NCBI GenBank assembly: GCA_029860345.1
Contig: JAOUBJ010000011.1
Location: 64,303 to 128,302, forward strand
Source of the DNA: Candidatus Zixiibacteriota bacterium
Lineage (GTDB): Bacteria; Zixibacteria; MSB-5A5; GN15; FEB-12
Length of the DNA: 64,000 bases
Direction of reading: 5' to 3'
This document shows positions 58,139 to 64,000 of the stretch, in pieces (the first letter of the stretch is position 1; every line of letters begins with the position of its first letter). The notes beneath the pieces are model-generated. The model saw only the letters and a list, made by a program, of their open reading frames with translations. It had not been told where the DNA came from and did not search any database. Position numbers and translations under genes: made by a program.

Positions 58139-58163
58139 GGGCCGCGCTGCGGCCCTTTCTTTT
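58139..58163 (+). terminator. hairpin plus T-tract between nifS and mnmA (terminator/attenuator candidate)
   Basis: GGGCCGC-gct-GCGGCCC (58139-58155), followed by TTTCTTTT. Confidence 0.45.
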
Positions 58164-58173
58164 GATGGACATT

Positions 58174-59394
58174 ATGGCTGAATCGGTTCTGGTTGCCATG
58201 TCCGGCGGCGTTGACTCGTCGGTGGCCGCGCTCTTGTTGAAAGAGCGGGGGTACGACGTGGTCGGGGCGCACATGAAACTGTGGGACTACACAGAAGTGG
58301 GCGCCGACATGTTCCGCGACGGGCGCTGTTGTTCGCTGGATGCGGTTAATGACTGTCGTGCGATTTGTGATGCCATCGACGCACCTTTCTACGTACTGAA
58401 TCTCTCGCGGCAGTTTCGCGAAGTGGTTATCGATAACTTCGTCGACGAGTACAAAGCGGGCCGCACACCCAACCCATGTGTGCGCTGCAACACGAATGTG
58501 AAGTGGGAACCGTTTCTTCAGAAGGCGAAGGAACTTGGTTGCGACTATATCGCCACCGGACATTACGCCCAAATCGAAAGCGATGGTGAACAGTTACTGC
58601 TTCGTAAAGGTGTCGATGCCTCACGCGACCAATCCTATTTTCTCTGGGGTCTGCAACAAGACGCGCTGGCTATGACCCTGATGCCGCTTGGCGGTATGCA
58701 CAAGTCGGAAGTGCGGGAGGTCGCGCGCCGCCATGGTTTGAAGACGGCCGAAAAGGCCGAGTCGCGCGAGATTTGTTTCGTGGCCGATGACGACTATCAT
58801 CGTTTCCTGCGTGACTGGGACGACAAGCAGAAGATACCTGCCGCACCGGGCGATATTGTCGATCAACAAGGCGCGGTTCTCGGACAACATGAGGGAACGG
58901 CGTACTACACTATCGGTCAACGGCGTGGGCTGGGTCTTTCGCATCCGACGCCGTTGTACGTGCTCGATATCGACGCCGACAACAATCGGGTGATTGTCGG
59001 CGACGATTCAGCCCTCTTGACGTCTGAGATGACGGTCGAGAGTGTTAACTGGATAGGGAGGATACCATTGGAAGAACCCACAGCAAGCTGTGGGCCACCC
59101 GGGCCGTCGAGATTGCCGCGTCGTCCCGCGCAAAGCGGGACTCCTCGCAATGACAACACACCGGATGATGCTTCGAGTCTCCCCGAGCGGAGTCGAGGGG
59201 CGACTAACGACGACACCCTCAACGTCTACGTCAAAATCCGCTACCAACATCCAGCCGCCGAGGCGCAACTTGTCTCCTTGACGGACAACACCGTCCGTGT
59301 TACCTTCGATACCAAACAACGCGCCGTCACACCCGGCCAGTCGGCTGTATTCTACGACGACGACGTCCTTTTGGGCGGCGGGTTGATTAGGTAA
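58174..59394 (+). CDS. mnmA: tRNA 2-thiouridine(34) synthase MnmA, carrying an in-frame repeat-derived insertion
   Basis: PP-loop 'VAMSGGVDSSVAA', 'NPCVRCN', 'ATGHYA' and C-terminal 'VTPGQSAVFYDDDVLLGGGLI'. About 45 extra residues lie between 'VNWI' and 'VKIRY'. Alternative starts at 58162 and 58165. Confidence 0.9.
   Translation: MAESVLVAMSGGVDSSVAALLLKERGYDVVGAHMKLWDYTEVGADMFRDGRCCSLDAVNDCRAICDAIDAPFYVLNLSRQFREVVIDNFVDEYKAGRTPNPCVRCNTNVKWEPFLQKAKELGCDYIATGHYAQIESDGEQLLLRKGVDASRDQSYFLWGLQQDALAMTLMPLGGMHKSEVREVARRHGLKTAEKAESREICFVADDDYHRFLRDWDDKQKIPAAPGDIVDQQGAVLGQHEGTAYYTIGQRRGLGLSHPTPLYVLDIDADNNRVIVGDDSALLTSEMTVESVNWIGRIPLEEPTASCGPPGPSRLPRRPAQSGTPRNDNTPDDASSLPERSRGATNDDTLNVYVKIRYQHPAAEAQLVSLTDNTVRVTFDTKQRAVTPGQSAVFYDDDVLLGGGLIR
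59081..59215. repeat. palindromic repeat modules inserted in-frame within mnmA (array R9)
   Basis: CCCACAGC-aa-GCTGTGGG at 59077-59094. GTCGTCCCGCGCAAAGCGGGACTCC at 59120-59144. CCCCGAGCGGAGTCGAGGGG at 59181-59200. The last two belong to families seen in the intergenic arrays. Confidence 0.8.
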
Positions 59395-59404
59395 GAGGAG
59401 AAGT

Positions 59405-61099
59405 ATGAGCCGTTCACTATTGGGGCTATGCGTGGTCGTCTGCACCACGTTCGCTGTATCGACTGCTGGTTGGGGGGTGGACATCCCGTTTGAGTTTTTC
59501 TACGGTCGCTGGGCAACCGGCCATCAACCAAGTGGTCAGCTTGAGCTACACAAGGGTGACGGTCCCAAACGCATGGCCGGGTATCGGTATTCATCGGAGA
59601 AATGGCGAGCTGGATTGTCTCAGATGCGCGGTAAGGTCTTCTATTATAACAAGGACAGTTATCTGCAATGGCCGGTGCCGTCGTTTTATCTCAGGCCGGC
59701 CGGCAACTGGCAGATCGGGTTGGATTCGTTGAAGATAGAAGAAACAATACGCGGGTCCAGGCTGACATCCGAAGATGACGGCGTCATTAACGGATTGAAG
59801 CGCAGCACCGACTTCGGACTCTCGGCAAGCTGGCTGAACAGCGGATCAGTTCGGATTCACGACCGGCATGCCGCCTTCAGCTATTTTCACCGACCGCTGG
59901 TAGGTCGGGGTAATCTGCGGGTCGACGCCTCGATCTGGTTCCGGGAGCAATTGGCGTTCTTCAGTAGCCAATCCAGAAGCCGACGTACCCGGATGAGCTC
60001 ACGGCGGGAGGTGCAACGCTGGTGGACGGCCTCGGCCTCCGTAGACTGGGGCCTCAATGACTATGTGGAGGTCTCGGCGATGTTTTACGACCGTTTTTTC
60101 TACTGGTCCGACCTCGGGGACTGGTTCAGCAGCCATCCTGGGGACGCATGGTATCAGAGTCATAGCAAAGCGTATCGAAGCGATGAGAGACCCCACTACG
60201 AACTGGCCGCAACGGTAATAGGCTGGGCGCCGGTGTATGTAGTCGCGGGGTTCGGTCAGCGGTTTCGTCAACGCGACTACCAGTCACTTACCGCCCTTTT
60301 CATAGCACCCGACAGCACGGAGATTCGCGAGTTGGACTACTCCACGGACCTGTCCGAAGAGATGTCACACCTGCGACTGGCCGGTCGGTATCTCAACACG
60401 GGGAGTTTCCAGCCGGAGGTGTTGCTGGACGACTACTCAGGCTTTTATCACCGCATGCTGTTTCATGGCCAGACCGACCTGAGTTTCGACCTCGACTATC
60501 GACGATACGGATCACCCGGAGACCTCGCGACCACCGAGATCGATTTCAGGGTCGCCGGACGGTTCGGGCTGTGGAATTACATGGAGGTCGGCGTTGATGG
60601 CAGGCACCGGGGGCTAGAGGTTCACGCCCATCGTGGGTCTAATCGAGTGTCAGCCTCTGGCGGAATCACGGTAGCCGCTCGTTCCTATCGTTACCAACCC
60701 GGTCAGGGACCCGGCTGGGATCGTGACGGCGCCGAGGATATCGCCTTCGGCCCCCTGCCCCCGTTCGGCCACTTGTATTTTATGGCCGATTACAGGTCGC
60801 CGACATGGTATCGGTCATCGCGGGACAAAATCGGGTTTCTCTCGCTGAAAGGCCTCCGCTCCGACCGTCGAAAGATGTTGACTATGTCACTGACGACTGG
60901 TCTGGGCAGGGGAGTAGTGATCACTGTCGAGGAAATGCAACTAATCGAGGGATCGATGGTGACCTATCGCGATTTCAAAGCCTTGCTTTCGGCGCGAATC
61001 AAAACGCACTGGCGGGCGGTGATACGTTACGCTCATATACACACCGACGGAAAGACTCATGATCCGACGGTGCAACTTGAGCTGAGCGCATTGTTGTAG
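59405..61099 (+). CDS. hypothetical outer-membrane protein (predicted beta-barrel)
   Basis: Signal peptide 'LGLCVVVCTTFAVSTAG'. Aromatic/Gly-rich alternating strands. No family recognised. Confidence 0.45.
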   Translation: MSRSLLGLCVVVCTTFAVSTAGWGVDIPFEFFYGRWATGHQPSGQLELHKGDGPKRMAGYRYSSEKWRAGLSQMRGKVFYYNKDSYLQWPVPSFYLRPAGNWQIGLDSLKIEETIRGSRLTSEDDGVINGLKRSTDFGLSASWLNSGSVRIHDRHAAFSYFHRPLVGRGNLRVDASIWFREQLAFFSSQSRSRRTRMSSRREVQRWWTASASVDWGLNDYVEVSAMFYDRFFYWSDLGDWFSSHPGDAWYQSHSKAYRSDERPHYELAATVIGWAPVYVVAGFGQRFRQRDYQSLTALFIAPDSTEIRELDYSTDLSEEMSHLRLAGRYLNTGSFQPEVLLDDYSGFYHRMLFHGQTDLSFDLDYRRYGSPGDLATTEIDFRVAGRFGLWNYMEVGVDGRHRGLEVHAHRGSNRVSASGGITVAARSYRYQPGQGPGWDRDGAEDIAFGPLPPFGHLYFMADYRSPTWYRSSRDKIGFLSLKGLRSDRRKMLTMSLTTGLGRGVVITVEEMQLIEGSMVTYRDFKALLSARIKTHWRAVIRYAHIHTDGKTHDPTVQLELSALL

Positions 61100-61110
61100 C
61101 ACTCCTGACC

Positions 61111-61350
61111 TCACCCATCGACTGCGCTCAAGGTGACAGAGGGTAGCCGTCGCGCGTGGTCGCACAACGGCACTTGAGAAGATGGATTCCCGCCTGCGCG
61201 GGAATGACAAAGAAGCGCCGGAGTAACAAAGAAGGTCGGGAATGACAAAGAAGCGCCGGAGTAACAAAGAAGAACAAGTAGGTCGAAACCTGACTTCGCC
61301 GGGTGACAGACCGAAGAAGGCGCACCACCCTTCGACTCCGTTCAGGATGA
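61111..61350. repeat. repeat cluster (array R10), including a 38-bp-period tandem duplication
   Basis: TCACCCATCGACTGCGCTCAAGGTGACAG at 61111-61139. GAAGATGGATTCCCGCCTGCGCGGGAATGAC at 61177-61208. GGGAATGACAAAGAAGCGCCGGAGTAACAAAGAAG occurs twice, at 61200-61234 and 61238-61272. CCACCCTTCGACTCCGTTCAGGATGA at about 61325-61350 overlaps the lgt stop. Confidence 0.9.
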
Positions 61351-62139
61351 TGTCCGCCGGGACTGCCCAAAGTATATACCCAGGCCGACGGCGAAGAGCG
61401 ATATCGAGACGACCATGTTCCAGGTCGGTTGGTAACCAAAGACTTCGAAGTACATGGCATCTTCATAGTAGCGTACATACTCAATCGCAAAGCGGAACAA
61501 TGCCTCGATCATAAACAACAAGGCCAGTATCTGTCCTGCGAACTGCTTGCGCTTCATCATGAAATGCAAAAGCAGAAACAACCCCACACCATAGAGCGAA
61601 CTATAAAGCTGCGAAGGGTGGATGTGTTCGTGAGGAAAGACATAGCTGGGGATGGAACCACCTGGGAACATCACGCCCCACGGCAGATCGGTCGGGGTAC
61701 CGAAACAACATCCGTTGAGAAAGCAACCGATACGAGTCAACCCCAAACCGATCCCGACAGTCGGTGCGAAGTAGTCCAGCGTGTCAAGGACAGGTATCTT
61801 TCGCAATCGGCAGTACAGCACAACGCCCAGCGTGGCCAGCACCACGCCGCCATACATGTTCAATCCGGCGATACCGTAGCTGTCCGATGCGAACGGATTA
61901 AAAGTCGAACCCCAATTGCCGGCGAACTCTTCCAGATGCAAGACTATATATGACAGCCGAGCCCCGACAACGCCGCCGATTATCAGGATATAGGCGAGGG
62001 TAAGAAACTGCTCGGTCGATTTGCCTTCGCGTGTGGCCATGCGACTGACATACCAAACACCGGCCAGAAATGACAAAGCCAGCGCCAGTCCGTAGGCACG
62101 TACCGGGATAGGTCCTATTGAGAAAAGTTCAGGAAACAT
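61342..62139 (-). CDS. lgt: prolipoprotein diacylglyceryl transferase
   Basis: 'FSIGPIPVRAYGLALALSFLAG' N-terminus, 'GLTRIGCFLNGCCFG' Lgt signature region, 7-TM pattern. Confidence 0.85.
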   Translation of the reverse strand: MFPELFSIGPIPVRAYGLALALSFLAGVWYVSRMATREGKSTEQFLTLAYILIIGGVVGARLSYIVLHLEEFAGNWGSTFNPFASDSYGIAGLNMYGGVVLATLGVVLYCRLRKIPVLDTLDYFAPTVGIGLGLTRIGCFLNGCCFGTPTDLPWGVMFPGGSIPSYVFPHEHIHPSQLYSSLYGVGLFLLLHFMMKRKQFAGQILALLFMIEALFRFAIEYVRYYEDAMYFEVFGYQPTWNMVVSISLFAVGLGIYFGQSRRTSS

Positions 62140-62214
62140 ATATTATGTGTGACTCCTCGTTACCGGATTTAGTTTTTTGCCACCGTTCTGGTGGTCGAGA
62201 TGGATCGTGGGTTA

Positions 62215-62925
62215 TCATTCATTCGTTGTACGTGTTTTGCGGGTTTCCGCCCCGGCCACCACCAGCACAATCTCACCTTTCACCTTGCGATCGGCAAACT
62301 GCCCGGTGAGCTGACTCAGGCTGCCGCGAACGAATTGTTCGAATTTCTTGGATATCTCACGAGCCAGGCAAGCCCGACGATCACCCAACACTTCCAGCAT
62401 ATCGCCCAGGCTCTTACCAACACGGTGCGGTGACTCATAGAAGACCAGGGTGTGCTCAAAGCTGCCGATCTTCTCAAGCCGTTTTTTCCGAGCGGTCGAT
62501 TTGGGCGGCAGGAAGCCCTCAAAGAAAAACCGATCGGTCGGCAGGCCGGATGCCGTCAGGGCCGGGATGATAGCGGTGGCACCCGGCAACGGTTCGATCT
62601 CAATGCCTGAATCGATGGCCGCCCGCACGACTCGGTATGCCGGATCAGAAATCCCCGGTGACCCGCCGTCGGTGATAACGGCCACCGACTCACCTTCAGA
62701 AATGCGGTGGGCAATCTGATCGGCCCGTGAACGCTCGTTGAATTCATGGTAAGCGATCAGTCGCTTTTTGATGTCGAGTTTTCTCAAAAGAGCGCCGGAG
62801 TGTCGTGTATCCTCGCAGGCGATCAGCTCGACCTGAGACAATACTTCGCGAGCCCGGGCGGTGATGTCGCCCATGTTGCCGATAGGCGTCGGAACCAGGT
62901 AGAGTTTACCTTGCTGGTCGGTCAT
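62215..62925 (-). CDS. rsmI: 16S rRNA (cytidine1402-2'-O)-methyltransferase RsmI
   Basis: 'LYLVPTPIGNMGDIT...IACEDTRHSG...' tetrapyrrole-methylase fold, typical of RsmI. Confidence 0.85.
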   Translation of the reverse strand: MTDQQGKLYLVPTPIGNMGDITARAREVLSQVELIACEDTRHSGALLRKLDIKKRLIAYHEFNERSRADQIAHRISEGESVAVITDGGSPGISDPAYRVVRAAIDSGIEIEPLPGATAIIPALTASGLPTDRFFFEGFLPPKSTARKKRLEKIGSFEHTLVFYESPHRVGKSLGDMLEVLGDRRACLAREISKKFEQFVRGSLSQLTGQFADRKVKGEIVLVVAGAETRKTRTTNE

Positions 62926-62934
62926 GACGGTACG

Positions 62935-63744
62935 CTATTCATCCAGTACGACATCGTCCGGGATCGTTTGCTTGCCCAGCGGTGCGATGTCGGGTAGTTT
63001 TCTTTTGAAGGCGTTGCGATTCATCAATGATACCACCCGACTGATATCAGTGGCGTGGAATCCTTCCGTTTCCAGATGAGAGATAGATCTTTCATCATCA
63101 TCAATGAGTCGCTTAAGCAGCCGGTCGATCTTCTCATAGGAGACTCCGATCTCGCCCTCGTCGGTCTGACCGGCCCATAGGTCGGCTGTCGGTGGACGGT
63201 CAATCAAAGCCTGCGGCAGACCCAAAGCGTGAGCCACCCGCCGCAGTTCCGTCTTGTACAATTGCCCAACCGGGTTTAGTGAGCAAGCCGAATCACCATG
63301 CCAGGTGGTGTAGCCCAGACAAATCTCGGTGCGATTGCCGGTACCCAGGACGAGACGGTCGAGTTCGTGCGCAATGTCGAACAGGATGGCCATGCGTTCG
63401 CGCGCCATTTTGTTGCCGGCGCGCAGTCGGTTGCTCTGATCTATAATATCATAGTAGGTGTCGATCATCGGCGAGATGTCCACCCGGCGGTGTTCAATCT
63501 TGAGTTGGTCGGCCAGTTGGAGAGCTAACTGGGCCGACTCCGGCGCTGAACTGGTGTAGGGCATCAGCACAGCAAGGACCTGCCGGGCGCCCACAGCTCG
63601 CACGGCCAGCGCCGCCGAAACGGCTGAGTCTATCCCCCCGGACAGTCCTACGACGAATCCGTTCATGCCGGTGCGCCCCAGGGTTCCTTTCAGGAAGCGG
63701 GAGATTGTCGCAATTGCTTGTTCTATATCCAATTCATGTTTCAT
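62935..63744 (-). CDS. nadE: NH3-dependent NAD+ synthetase
   Basis: PP-loop '[16 protein letters not shown]' and '[21 protein letters not shown]'. Confidence 0.85.
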   Translation of the reverse strand: MKHELDIEQAIATISRFLKGTLGRTGMNGFVVGLSGGIDSAVSAALAVRAVGARQVLAVLMPYTSSAPESAQLALQLADQLKIEHRRVDISPMIDTYYDIIDQSNRLRAGNKMARERMAILFDIAHELDRLVLGTGNRTEICLGYTTWHGDSACSLNPVGQLYKTELRRVAHALGLPQALIDRPPTADLWAGQTDEGEIGVSYEKIDRLLKRLIDDDERSISHLETEGFHATDISRVVSLMNRNAFKRKLPDIAPLGKQTIPDDVVLDE

Positions 63745-63814
63745 TTCAGTATCCGGGCCAATTCGTTTACAATATCAGTTTTGAAAAACGGCGGCAAGCT
63801 AAATGTTCCCGTCC

Positions 63815-63844
63815 TTGACAATCTGGAGGCAAGTCCCCTATATT
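63815..63844 (+). promoter_or_regulatory. candidate sigma70-type promoter for ssb
   Basis: TTGACA (63815-63820), 18-nt spacer, TATATT (63839-63844), about 40 nt upstream of the ATG at 63886. Confidence 0.45.
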
Positions 63845-63885
63845 GCCGCAGGCGATTTGAATATGAAAACAAAGGAAACCGAATC

Positions 63886-64000
63886 ATGAGCGTGAATAAA
63901 GCAATCCTGATCGGACGTTTGGGCAAAGACCCGGAACTACGTTACACTCAGAGCGGTCGGGCGGTGGCGAGTTTCTCCGTAGCCACAAACGAACGCTGGA
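63886..64000 (+). CDS. ssb: single-stranded DNA-binding protein (5' fragment, runs off the window)
   Basis: My translation from ATG 63886 gives '[38 protein letters not shown]', a canonical Ssb OB-fold N-terminus. It is absent from the ORF track because it is truncated. Confidence 0.85.
   Translation, partial: MSVNKAILIGRLGKDPELRYTQSGRAVASFSVATNERW

Noticed and set aside
1-64000. tRNA, rRNA, tmRNA or riboswitch genes
   Set aside because: A visual scan of the intergenic regions found no T-loop (GGTTCGAATCC-like)/acceptor-stem combinations, rRNA-like stretches or recognisable riboswitch cores. tRNAscan-SE and Infernal would be needed to be definitive.

Overview
Moderately GC-rich (judged by eye, not computed) chromosomal segment of a diderm bacterium. 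T9SS-type C-terminal sorting domains, a lamin-tail-domain protein, TamB/Omp85 and LPS genes suggest an FCB-superphylum-like or candidate-phylum lineage; this is inference only. I call about 47 protein genes. (1) 0.1-9.5 kb: a translationally coupled surface-polysaccharide cluster with a Wzy/WaaL-like protein, a GT-C enzyme, a CapK-like ligase and four GT-B glycosyltransferases. (2) 10.4-13.9 kb: a 1172-aa secreted protein with five tandem beta-sandwich-like repeats. (3) 14.6-23.1 kb: M50 protease, lipoprotein, MsbA-like exporter, GT9/GT2/GT9 LPS-core genes and Rel/SpoT. (4) 23.7-29.9 kb: M28-PDZ peptidase, TPR protein, permease, ComF, XerD-like recombinase and a GGDEF-like protein. (5) 30-41.4 kb: a long minus-strand string of RNase R, sigma54 activator, OMP, lamin-tail-domain protein, beta-barrel, dGTPase and a hypothetical gene. 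(6) 42.4-46 kb: DUF401 permease, OMP and a cadherin/dockerin-like protein. (7) 46.2-48.2 kb: an AT-richer islet with a DUF4145 protein and an NYN RNase gene interrupted by an in-frame TAG. (8) 48.2-56.8 kb: ECF sigma, anti-sigma, triad-less HtrA-like protein, CMD protein, TamB and Omp85. (9) 56.9-64 kb: NifS, MnmA, OMP, Lgt, RsmI, NadE and the start of Ssb. I saw no rRNA, tRNA, CRISPR, transposase or phage genes. The strongest non-genic signal is that almost every long intergenic gap is filled with mosaic arrays of at least 8 families of 20-60-bp palindromic units, one fitting ATTCCC-N8-GGGAAT. These units also invade coding sequence: an in-frame ~135-nt insertion in mnmA, and the 3' codons and stop codons of other genes. 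Candidate accessory systems, all unproven: the DUF4145 + NYN islet, the dGTPase-coupled ORF with an RDAIQH motif, and the sigma54-activator/OMP/LTD/beta-barrel operon.
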